Positions 38,466 to 47,188 of a stretch of 64,000 bases of DNA are shown piece by piece; position 1 is the stretch's first letter, and each line of letters starts with the position of its first letter. Below the pieces are notes generated by a model. The model worked only from the letters and a program-made list of their open reading frames with translations. It searched no databases and was not told where the DNA came from. Source of the stretch: Clostridium sp. Its GTDB lineage: Bacteria; Bacillota; Clostridia; Lachnospirales; Lachnospiraceae. A program made the position numbers and the translations under genes. The stretch covers positions 4,317 through 68,316 of the forward strand of contig JAGBNL010000052.1 in the NCBI GenBank assembly GCA_017634415.1, given 5' to 3'.

Positions 38466-39791
38466 TCAATTTCTGCGCAGAACGGATATGAAAAAGCCGT
38501 CGCAGGGGTCGATCCCCGGCAGAAGCTGCACATAACCGTCTTTCATCGTCTCTTTTCTGAGTTCCTTCGGGAATCTCTCCGTAAAATCCACGGGCACAAA
38601 TCCGGACTTCTCCGCAAACCACCTGAAATTCCCGGTATTTTCCTCTTCCGTAATGGTGCAGGTGCTGTACACCAGCGTCCCCCCGGGCTTTACATATTCG
38701 GCGGCCACGGTGAGTATCTCTCTCTGCAGCGCGGCCAGATCGGCGATTCCCTTCTCGGAAGCATTCCAGCGGATATCCGGCTTTCTGCCCATGACTCCCA
38801 GACCGGAACAGGGAAGATCCGCGATAACCACATCGCAGCGCCCCTTCAGCCGGGGATCCGGCGTTCGGGCATCCCACACCTGGGCCTCGATATTCCGGTA
38901 CCCGCTTCTTTCGATGTTCTCACGAATCCGCTCTGCCTTCTCTTCCGTCAGGTCCCGGACGATCACCCGTCCGCTGCCCTTCAGTATATCGGCGGCGTGG
39001 AGGGCCTTTCCGCCCGGGGCCCCGCAGATATCCAGCACCAGATTTCCCTCCCGGATTCCTGCCGCATCCCCCGCCAGGGAGGAGCTCAGGTCCTGCACCA
39101 TGACAAGTCCCTCCCGGAAAGCGCGAAGCATCTCGGGAGACTCCCGCCAGGAAAGAGCGCACACGGAGCCGTCCTCACAGAGGGGAAAAACCTCCGCCCC
39201 GTCAGCCTCAAGGGATTCTCTGATGCTTCCGGGGGATGCAAGCCCCGTATTCATCCGGATCACCAGGCGGCTTTCGCTGTTGCAGGCCTCCAGCATCTTA
39301 AGGCAGACTTCTCTTCCGAACTGCCTCTCCCAGCCCGCGATTATCCAGCCCGGCACGGAGTACCGGACCTCATCGGAGGGCCAGGTCATATTCTCTTTAT
39401 TCCGGACAATGCTTCGCAGCACGCCGTTCACAAACCCCGAGAGGCCCTGAAATCCTCTCTTCTTCGCCAGCTTCACCGCCTCATTGCAGGCGGCGGAATC
39501 CGGCACTCTGTCCATATGGAATATCTGATACACAGACATTCTGAGAAGGATCCGGATAAGGGGTTTCATCTTTTCCGGCTTTGTTCTGGAATACTGTCCC
39601 AGGACATAATCCTCTTGGAGCCTGTATTCCACGGTTCCTTCCACAAGCCTCTTCAGGAATGCTCTGTCCTGTCTGTCAAGATAAGCGTATTTGTCCAGAG
39701 TCCTGCCGATCACAATATGACAGAACCGCCCTTCCTCCAGTATTTCCATCAGGGCATCCAGGGCAATCTCCCGCACAGGCATATCAGTCAC
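38466..39791 (-). CDS. rsmB: 16S rRNA (cytosine-967-C5)-methyltransferase RsmB
   Basis: NusB-like N-terminus (FVNGVLR), VQD, DICGAPGGK, DLPCSGLG, YSTCT, DGFF; start GTG 39791 or ATG 39782. Confidence 0.95.
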   Translation of the reverse strand: MTDMPVREIALDALMEILEEGRFCHIVIGRTLDKYAYLDRQDRAFLKRLVEGTVEYRLQEDYVLGQYSRTKPEKMKPLIRILLRMSVYQIFHMDRVPDSAACNEAVKLAKKRGFQGLSGFVNGVLRSIVRNKENMTWPSDEVRYSVPGWIIAGWERQFGREVCLKMLEACNSESRLVIRMNTGLASPGSIRESLEADGAEVFPLCEDGSVCALSWRESPEMLRAFREGLVMVQDLSSSLAGDAAGIREGNLVLDICGAPGGKALHAADILKGSGRVIVRDLTEEKAERIRENIERSGYRNIEAQVWDARTPDPRLKGRCDVVIADLPCSGLGVMGRKPDIRWNASEKGIADLAALQREILTVAAEYVKPGGTLVYSTCTITEEENTGNFRWFAEKSGFVPVDFTERFPKELRKETMKDGYVQLLPGIDPCDGFFISVLRRN

Positions 39792-40491
39792 GTCTTCTTC
39801 CTCCGAATATCGCCATGAGCCGCAGCAGCTGCAGAATCGACCCTGCCGCGCCGGCCACATACGTCAGCGCCGCTGCCCCGAGGACCGTTTTTGTCTGTCC
39901 TATCTCACTGTCCCTGAGTATCCCGTTGCTTTCCAAAAGCTTCAGGGCTCTGGAGGATGCGTTATATTCCACGGGAAGCGTCACCAGTTGGAATGCCACG
40001 CACACCGTAAACAGCAGAATGCCGATATTCACCAGAGATGTGCCGCCGAACATCACGCCAATCAGGATCATGGGCCAGGAAAGCTGGGAGCCCAGATTGA
40101 CCACCGGGACCATGGCCGTCCGCAGGTTAAGCAGACTGTATCCCGTCGCGTGCTGCACCGCGTGTCCGCATTCGTGGGCTGCCACGCCCACCGCCGCGAT
40201 GGAGGAGGACCCATAGACCGCATCAGAAAGATTCACCGTCCTGTTTCTCGGGTCATAATGATCCGTCAGGGTTCCGGCCACATGCCGCACCTGCACGTCA
40301 TAGAGTCCCTGGCTCTGGAGAATCCGCATCGCGGTCTCCGCCCCGCTCATGCCGGAGGCGCTTCCGACCCGGGAATATCTGGAAAATGCAGCCTTCATCT
40401 TTGCAGACGCTGCCATGGAAATCACAACGCCGATGATAATCAGGAGAAATGTCCAGTCATATCCGTAACCGTAACCGTATCCGTAATACAC
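39784..40491 (-). CDS. Membrane zinc metallopeptidase (YugP-like)
   Basis: LTDHYDP, AAHECGHA (HExxH), LPVEYNAS, AAALTYV; probable GTG start 40491. Confidence 0.9.
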   Translation of the reverse strand: MYYGYGYGYGYDWTFLLIIIGVVISMAASAKMKAAFSRYSRVGSASGMSGAETAMRILQSQGLYDVQVRHVAGTLTDHYDPRNRTVNLSDAVYGSSSIAAVGVAAHECGHAVQHATGYSLLNLRTAMVPVVNLGSQLSWPMILIGVMFGGTSLVNIGILLFTVCVAFQLVTLPVEYNASSRALKLLESNGILRDSEIGQTKTVLGAAALTYVAGAAGSILQLLRLMAIFGGRRRD

Positions 40492-40528
40492 CCCAGTCAC
40501 CTTCCCTTTCAAACACTGTTTTCTTCTG

Positions 40529-41494
40529 TCACTGACAGTCCGTTCTTCCGAGAACTTCGCCGTCCGTCAGGGGATACCCTCTCAGGTAGGCATCCGACGC
40601 CATGCGCTTCTTTCCTTCCGGCTGAACCTCCAGGACCTTCAGTACGCCTTCGCCGCACCGCACCGCAAAGGAATCCTTCCCGGAAAGGGCAGCCTCTCCC
40701 GGAAGCGCCTCCTTCAGAATGCCGGGTTCTTCCCCTGCGGGGATAACCTCTGTCTTCCAGAGCTTCAGCATCTTTCCGCCGCGGTACGTATAAGCGGTGG
40801 GCCAGGGATTCATCCCCCGCACCAGCCGCTCGATGACCTCCGCAGGCTTTGTCCAGTCTATTTCCCCCTGCTTTTTGTCCAGCATTCCCGCATAGCTTGC
40901 CAGGGAATCATCCTGGGGCTCCGGCTTGAGGGTTCCTGCCTCCGCCTTCTTCAGGGTAGAGACAATCAGTTCCGCGCCGAGAACGGCCAGACGTTCAAAG
41001 AGACTTCCCCCTGTCTCGTCGGGCTTCAGTCTGATGGAGGCCTTCTCCAGCATATCTCCCGTATCCAGCCCCACGCCCATCTGCATGGTTGTGACGCCGG
41101 CATATTCATCGCCGTTCAGCACCGCCTGCTGTATGGGGGCCGAACCGCGGTATTTCGGAAGAAGGGATGCGTGCACATTGATGCAGCCGAGTCTGGGAAT
41201 ATCCAGAATCTCCTTCGGCAGAATCTGTCCGAAGGCGGCGACCACGATCACGTCAGGATCCATCCGTTTTACTTCATCGGCAAATTCCCTGTTGCCGCGG
41301 ACTCTCTCCGGCTGAAGAACGGGAATCCCCAGTTCCGCGGCCCTGAGCTTCACATCCGACATGGCCAGGGCCTTTCCCCTGCCCTTCGGCCGGTCCGGCT
41401 GGGTTACCGCCGCGCAGATCTCATGCCCGGCGCCGTAAACCGCGTCCAGAATCGCCGCCGCAAAATCGGGCGTTCCCATGAAAATTACTCTCAT
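40529..41494 (-). CDS. fmt: Methionyl-tRNA formyltransferase
   Basis: FMGTPDFA, TQPDRP, NVHASLLPKYRG, LDTGD. Confidence 0.97.
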   Translation of the reverse strand: MRVIFMGTPDFAAAILDAVYGAGHEICAAVTQPDRPKGRGKALAMSDVKLRAAELGIPVLQPERVRGNREFADEVKRMDPDVIVVAAFGQILPKEILDIPRLGCINVHASLLPKYRGSAPIQQAVLNGDEYAGVTTMQMGVGLDTGDMLEKASIRLKPDETGGSLFERLAVLGAELIVSTLKKAEAGTLKPEPQDDSLASYAGMLDKKQGEIDWTKPAEVIERLVRGMNPWPTAYTYRGGKMLKLWKTEVIPAGEEPGILKEALPGEAALSGKDSFAVRCGEGVLKVLEVQPEGKKRMASDAYLRGYPLTDGEVLGRTDCQ

Positions 41495-41973
41495 TCTTCT
41501 TCCTCTTCGCTCTGCTGCACATCCATCAGTTCGCCTTCCACCAGCTCCACATAGAGTTTTCCGTCCAGGTGGTCGCATTCATGACAGATGGCCCGGGCCA
41601 GGAGGTCCTCCGCAGTCAGCTCAAACTCCTGCATATTCCGGTCAAGAGCGCGCACCGTCACCTTCTGGGGTCTTGTCACCGTGCCGGATTTCCCGGGGAC
41701 GCTGAGGCACCCCTCCGAGCCGGTCTGCTCGCCCTCCATCATGGTGATCTGCGGGTTGATCAGCACATACTGATTCCCGTCATCCACATCGATCACCACG
41801 ATTCTCTTGCGGATTCCCACCTGTGGCGCCGCAAGGCCGACCCCGTCCGCGCTGTACATCGTGTCAAACATATCATCGATGAGCTCCGAGAGGGCCGGCG
41901 TCATCTCCTTCACCGGCTTGCAGGTCTTCTCCAGCACCTCGTCTCCCATCGTCCGTATCTGTCTTATCGCCAT
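41491..41973 (-). CDS. def: Peptide deformylase
   Basis: GVGLAAPQVG, EGCLSV, HECDH. Confidence 0.97.
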   Translation of the reverse strand: MAIRQIRTMGDEVLEKTCKPVKEMTPALSELIDDMFDTMYSADGVGLAAPQVGIRKRIVVIDVDDGNQYVLINPQITMMEGEQTGSEGCLSVPGKSGTVTRPQKVTVRALDRNMQEFELTAEDLLARAICHECDHLDGKLYVELVEGELMDVQQSEEEEE

Positions 41974-42006
41974 ATCATCCAGTCCTTTCCGAATGCTGTT
42001 GGTGCC

Positions 42007-44226
42007 CTAAAGTGTATCAAACAGAAGGGCAGCCCGGCTCCATTCCTGTGAATGTGCTTTATTTTCAGCCAGTTCGCTGAGTGTTCGTATTATATCATAG
42101 TTTATGGTCTTAAAATATAAAATTTTTCTGTATACGTCATTGACCCGGTATACGGAAGCATTGGCCGGACCGATGACCTGCAGTTCTTTTCTGTCCGGGA
42201 ATCTCATCGTCACTTCTCCGGCGAATTCCTCCGCAAGCTTTCCCGCCAGTTCTTCCTCTTCCGAGGAAAACCAGACCGCGGCCATATGCACGGCAGGCGG
42301 ATAGCCCGCAAGCTTTCTGAACTGCATCTCCTGCCCGTAAAAGCCCCTGTAATCCTGGGCTTTGGCAAACCGACCCGCATAGTGCTCCGGCTGATAGGTC
42401 TGAATAATGACGCGTCCCGGCTTTTTTCCCCGGCCGGCCCGGCCGGCCGCCTGGGTCAGCAGCTGGAAGGTGCGCTCCGCGCTCCTGAAGTCCGGCGTAT
42501 TCAGTGACAGATCCGCCGCCATGATGCCGACCAGCGTCACATCCGGGAAATCGTGTCCCTTGACAATCATCTGAGTCCCCACCAGAATATCCGCCCCGTG
42601 GGCGGCAAACTGCTCCAAAATCTCCTGATGTCCGCCCTTTTTCCTGGTGGTGTCCGCATCCATCCTGAGAATCCGGGCTTCCGGGAATTCTCTGGCCGTC
42701 AGCTCCTCCAGCCGCTGGGTTCCCGTGCCGAATCCCGCAAGATAGGGGGACTGACAGGAGGGGCATCTGGCGGGAAGCACAGCCTCCCGGCCGCAGTAAT
42801 GGCATACCAGACGGGTTTTCCCGTGAAGCGTCATGGAAACATCGCAGTGGGGACACCGGATGGATTTCCCGCAGGACCGGCAGGAGATAAAGGGAGAATA
42901 CCCGCGCCGGTTGATAAAGAGCATCACCTGCTCCTTCCGCTGCAGGCATTCCCGGATGCTGTCCCGGAGGATGCGGCTGAATACGGAACGGTTTCCCGCC
43001 GCCATCTCATCCCGCATGTCCGCCACCGCGGTCTCCGCGATACGGCTCTCCGGCACCGCCCGCCTGTCAAGGACGTTCAGATGGTATTCCCCGACAGAGG
43101 CCCGGAAGGCGCTCTCCATGGAGGGGGTTGCGGAACCCAGCACCAGCTTTGCCCCGCAGAGGGCAGCCCGTTTCGCCGCCGTCTCCCTGGCGTGGTATCT
43201 GGGCGTATTCTCGCTCTTGTAGGCATTCTCATGCTCCTCATCGATGATGATGAGGCCCAGCCCGGGAAAGGGGGCAAACAGGGCGGAACGGGGACCTATC
43301 ATCACCCGGCAGCTGCCATCCGCGGCTCTCTCCCACTGGTCATACTTCTCCCCGTCGGACATCTGGGAATTCATGACGCCGATACAGTCGCCGAAGCGTC
43401 TGTAGAATCTGAGAAGGGTCTGCCAGGTGAGGGAAATCTCAGGAATGAGAAGAATCGCTTCCTGTCCCCTTGAAAGCACATGGTCGATCATCTCCATGTA
43501 CACTTCCGTTTTCCCGCTTCCGGTGATCCCGTAGAGAAGCTCCGTTTTCCGGTCTCCCGCATCCCAGCGGGTCCGGAAATCATTCACTGCCTTTTCCTGT
43601 GCCTCATTCAGAGTCACCTTCGGTGCAGATTCCCCGTCTCCGCGGGCATTTCCCCGGATGCTTCTTCTCTCCTCCACGAGGATCATATTCTTTGCGGCCA
43701 GAGGCTTTATGGTGGCTTCCGAGATGTTCAGCTGCATTCTTGCCATCTCCATGGGGATGGTCCTGTTTTCCAGGAAGCCCTCCAGAAGCCTGGCCCTGGC
43801 CCGGTAATTCTTTCTCTTCGCCTCTTCAATCGCGGAAAGAAGCTCCTCTTTCTCCAGATTGCATACAAGGATTTTCTGCGCTTTGGGACGCACCTTCTGC
43901 CGCACGGGCAGCACCGTCCGCAGCGCCTGATGCATGGTGCCCCCGTAGGTTTCCTTCATCCATGCCGCCAGGCTTATCAGCTGTGACTGGGCCGTCAGTC
44001 CGGCGCTGTCGCACTCTGCGATCTCCTTGATCTTCTCCGGATCATAATCTGTTTTATCAGTAAACCCGATGATGTATCCGTGTCTCAGATGATTTCCTGC
44101 CCCGAAGGGCACCTTTACGGGATCTCCTACGGAAAGCCTGTCCGCAAGGCGGTCGGGCACCCGGTAATGAAAAGGTCTGTCCACGCTGGCGTGGGCAATA
44201 TCTATGATTATTTCCGCGTAAAGCAT
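42007..44226 (-). CDS. priA: Primosomal protein N' (PriA)
   Basis: GITGSGKTEVY, DEEH, SATPS, four CxxC pairs, KGHDFP, QAAGRAGR. Confidence 0.96.
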   Translation of the reverse strand: MLYAEIIIDIAHASVDRPFHYRVPDRLADRLSVGDPVKVPFGAGNHLRHGYIIGFTDKTDYDPEKIKEIAECDSAGLTAQSQLISLAAWMKETYGGTMHQALRTVLPVRQKVRPKAQKILVCNLEKEELLSAIEEAKRKNYRARARLLEGFLENRTIPMEMARMQLNISEATIKPLAAKNMILVEERRSIRGNARGDGESAPKVTLNEAQEKAVNDFRTRWDAGDRKTELLYGITGSGKTEVYMEMIDHVLSRGQEAILLIPEISLTWQTLLRFYRRFGDCIGVMNSQMSDGEKYDQWERAADGSCRVMIGPRSALFAPFPGLGLIIIDEEHENAYKSENTPRYHARETAAKRAALCGAKLVLGSATPSMESAFRASVGEYHLNVLDRRAVPESRIAETAVADMRDEMAAGNRSVFSRILRDSIRECLQRKEQVMLFINRRGYSPFISCRSCGKSIRCPHCDVSMTLHGKTRLVCHYCGREAVLPARCPSCQSPYLAGFGTGTQRLEELTAREFPEARILRMDADTTRKKGGHQEILEQFAAHGADILVGTQMIVKGHDFPDVTLVGIMAADLSLNTPDFRSAERTFQLLTQAAGRAGRGKKPGRVIIQTYQPEHYAGRFAKAQDYRGFYGQEMQFRKLAGYPPAVHMAAVWFSSEEEELAGKLAEEFAGEVTMRFPDRKELQVIGPANASVYRVNDVYRKILYFKTINYDIIRTLSELAENKAHSQEWSRAALLFDTL

Positions 44227-45602
44227 GCGGCGATCTCTCCCAGCTTCATACTGTTGGAGCCTTTAAACAGCACGGCGTCGCCGGGCTTAAGCTCACTTTT
44301 CAGGAACGCGGTAAGCTCCTCCTTGTCCTCCGGCGCATCGAAGGCCTCAATCCGGAGATTGTCCCGGAATCCGCCTGCCGCATAGGCGCCCTTTGCAAAT
44401 TCCCGGGCAAGGGAGCCGTAGGTTACCAGAAGATCCAGATGGAGTCCGGCGATGGCAGCGCCGATATCTCTGTGGAATCTCACTTCCTCCGGTCCCAGCT
44501 CCTTCATGTCGCCCAGAACGGCGATTCTCCGGCTGCAGTCCGTTACGGAGTGAAGCACCCGCAGGGCGGCCTTCATGGAGTCCGGACTCGCGTTGTAGCT
44601 GTCATCGATGATGGTCATTCCGTCTGTGAAGGTGATGTCCTGGCGTCCCTTGAAGCCGGTGTATTTCTCCAGGGCCTTTGCGGCATCCTCCGGGGCAACT
44701 CCCAGGCAGTCCGCCGCGGCGATGGCCGCAAGGGCATTCAGGATATGGTGTTCACCCATGACGGAAAGGGATACGGGCACTCTCTTTTCCCCGAACACGC
44801 AGGTAAAGCGGGGATAGCCGTTTTCCAGCCTGATATCCTCCGCCCGGCAGTCATTGTACGCTTCTGTTCCGTAACGGATCAGACGGATTCCCGCCTTCGG
44901 GAGAACGGTTTTCAGCAGATCGTTATCCCCGTTGACGATGAGAACTCCGCCCTCCTTCATGCCGTCCTGGATGTGAAGCTTCTCCTTCATGATGTTTTCC
45001 CGGGATCCCAGATTCTCGATATGGGCCACGCCGATATTGGTCACAACGGCGATGTCCACCCGGGCAATTTCGGAAATCAAGGACATTTCCCCGGGCTCGC
45101 TCATGCCGAGCTCCAGCACCGCGGCCTCCGCCTCCGGACCGATCTCGGAGATGGTAATGGGAACGCCCACCTGGCTGTTGTGGTTGGCCGGCGTCTTAAA
45201 GGTATTGTACTTTGCGGCCACGGCCAGGGCAGTGATCTCCCTGGTGGAGGTCTTGCCCACGCTTCCTGTGATGCCGATCACCGGAATATTCAGGCGCGCC
45301 CGGAGCATTCTGCCTATGGCCTGCAGGGCCTTCACGGTGTGTTCCACCCGGATCAGCACCCCCGGAAAGCCCTCCGGCGCGGAATCATGCTCTGAGGTCA
45401 GGGAAGCGGCGGCCCCGTTCTCCATGGCCTGTCCGATAAAGCGGTGGGCGTCGTTCTTCTCCCCGATAATGGGAACAAAGAGGTCCTCCCCCTGCATCTT
45501 CCTGGAATCAATACTGATGTTTCTGAGAACGGTATCCGGATTTCCCGTCAGGATAGTGCCGCCGCAGGCTTCCGCGATATCTTTAGCTGTAACCTGATAC
45601 AT
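44208..45602 (-). CDS. murF: UDP-MurNAc-tripeptide-D-Ala-D-Ala ligase
   Basis: DSR, ITGSVGKTST, LELGM, NIGVAHIE, DDSYNASP, LGDMKELG, KGS. Confidence 0.95.
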   Translation of the reverse strand: MYQVTAKDIAEACGGTILTGNPDTVLRNISIDSRKMQGEDLFVPIIGEKNDAHRFIGQAMENGAAASLTSEHDSAPEGFPGVLIRVEHTVKALQAIGRMLRARLNIPVIGITGSVGKTSTREITALAVAAKYNTFKTPANHNSQVGVPITISEIGPEAEAAVLELGMSEPGEMSLISEIARVDIAVVTNIGVAHIENLGSRENIMKEKLHIQDGMKEGGVLIVNGDNDLLKTVLPKAGIRLIRYGTEAYNDCRAEDIRLENGYPRFTCVFGEKRVPVSLSVMGEHHILNALAAIAAADCLGVAPEDAAKALEKYTGFKGRQDITFTDGMTIIDDSYNASPDSMKAALRVLHSVTDCSRRIAVLGDMKELGPEEVRFHRDIGAAIAGLHLDLLVTYGSLAREFAKGAYAAGGFRDNLRIEAFDAPEDKEELTAFLKSELKPGDAVLFKGSNSMKLGEIAACFTRK

Positions 45603-45634
45603 GATAATTTCCTCTTTTCTGATAAAACACAGAG

Positions 45635-45679
45635 TGCCTCATCAGGAATCCGCGTATTCCCGCGGTTCCCGACAAGGCA
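45635..45679. other. Intercistronic hairpin between murE and murF
   Basis: TGCCT...GGAATCCGCG-TATTCC-CGCGGTTCC...AGGCA; no clear U tract. Confidence 0.4.
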
Positions 45680-45689
45680 ATCCGGGGTC

Positions 45690-47171
45690 TTAAAGACCCA
45701 GCTCCTCCACTGCGCGCAGCACCTCTTCCCTGTCCAGGAAGTGATGCTTCACGCCGTTTATTTCCTGATAATCCTCGTGACCCTTTCCGATCACGGCGAT
45801 GATGTCTCCCTCCTCGGCATGCTCCAGGCTGTAGCGGATTGCCTCGCGCCTGTCGGGGATCTCGATGTACTTTCCGTCCGATTTCTTCATGCCGGTTTTG
45901 ATATCCTCCATGATATCTTCCACCCGCTCAAACCGGGAATTGTCTGCGGTGATAATATTCAGGTCGGCGTATCTGCCGCCGATCTCTCCCATGGTAAAGC
46001 GTCTGTCTCTTGCCCGGTTTCCGCCGCAGCCGAACACGCACACCAGACGTCCCGGATTGTAATCCCGGAGGGTCTTCAGAAGAGTCTCCATGCTGACGCC
46101 GTTGTGGGCGTAATCCACGATAACGGTGCAGAGCTTTGACTTATAGACGATCTCCATTCTGCCGGTGACATTCAGGTGCTCAAGAGCATGAGATACCTTC
46201 TCTGCCGGAAGGTCAAACCAGGAGCAGACGGCAGCGGCCGCCAGGGCGTTTGTGACATTGAATCTGCCCGGCACGGATACCCGCAGCCGGTTTTCCGGAA
46301 TCTTCGCCTCCGGACGGTTGTCATGCATCAGGAAATCCACGCCCACAAAGTCATGGTCCCGGATATACCGGATATCGTCGGCGACAAAGTCTCCTGTCCC
46401 CTCCGTGGAGAATGTCACAATCTTTGCCGACGCGCCCTCCACGATCTCATCAAAATGCGCATCGTCCCTGTTGACCAGGGCAATGTCGGAATTCTTCAGA
46501 AGGCACTTCTTAAAACCGATATACTCGGCAAAGTCCGCATGCTCATTGGGTCCGATATGGTCGTTGGCGATGTTCATGAAGATGGCATAGTCATAATGGA
46601 TTCCGTTGACCCTCCGCATCTTGTAGCTCTGGGAGGAAACCTCCATGACCATGTAGCGGCAGCCCTCCTCCGCCATTCTGGCAAAGCTCTGCTGCAGGAT
46701 ATAGGATTCCGGCGTGGTATTCTCCGTCGGCGTATGTTCATCGCCAATCACGATGCCGTTGGTTCCGATGAGTCCCGTTTTCTGTCCGCAGGCCTCGAGA
46801 ATCGACTTGATCATGTATGTGGTGGTGGTCTTTCCCTTGGTTCCGGTAACGCCGATGGTGGTCATCTTTCTCGCCGGATAGCCGAATCTTGCCGCAGACA
46901 GATGGGCCAGCGCGTCACGGCCGTCCGCCACCCGAAGCACGGTAATCTCCGCCGGAACATCCGGCTTCTCCTCGCACACAATCACCCGGCAGCCCCGGGA
47001 AACCACATCCGGAATAAACCGGTGGGAATCTATATTCGCGCCCCGCATGCAGACAAACACGCATCCGGGTTCTGCTTTTCTGGAGTCGTAGACGACCTCC
47101 CGGACCTCCTCCTCAAGGTTCCCCTGAATCAGTTCATATTCAAGCTCTGAAAGCCATTCCCTGAGCTTCAT
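45690..47171 (-). CDS. murE: UDP-MurNAc-L-Ala-D-Glu-diamino acid ligase
   Basis: YDSR, TGTKGKTTT, TTPES, MEVSS, VDYAHN, GCGGNR, GKGHE. Confidence 0.95.
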   Translation of the reverse strand: MKLREWLSELEYELIQGNLEEEVREVVYDSRKAEPGCVFVCMRGANIDSHRFIPDVVSRGCRVIVCEEKPDVPAEITVLRVADGRDALAHLSAARFGYPARKMTTIGVTGTKGKTTTTYMIKSILEACGQKTGLIGTNGIVIGDEHTPTENTTPESYILQQSFARMAEEGCRYMVMEVSSQSYKMRRVNGIHYDYAIFMNIANDHIGPNEHADFAEYIGFKKCLLKNSDIALVNRDDAHFDEIVEGASAKIVTFSTEGTGDFVADDIRYIRDHDFVGVDFLMHDNRPEAKIPENRLRVSVPGRFNVTNALAAAAVCSWFDLPAEKVSHALEHLNVTGRMEIVYKSKLCTVIVDYAHNGVSMETLLKTLRDYNPGRLVCVFGCGGNRARDRRFTMGEIGGRYADLNIITADNSRFERVEDIMEDIKTGMKKSDGKYIEIPDRREAIRYSLEHAEEGDIIAVIGKGHEDYQEINGVKHHFLDREEVLRAVEELGL

Positions 47172-47188
47172 AAGCTTCCCCCTTTTCG

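Noticed and set aside
40460-40488. TACGGN short repeat encoding YGYGYGY
   Set aside because: Tyr/Gly-rich N-termini are ordinary for YugP-like peptidases; imperfect and in-frame
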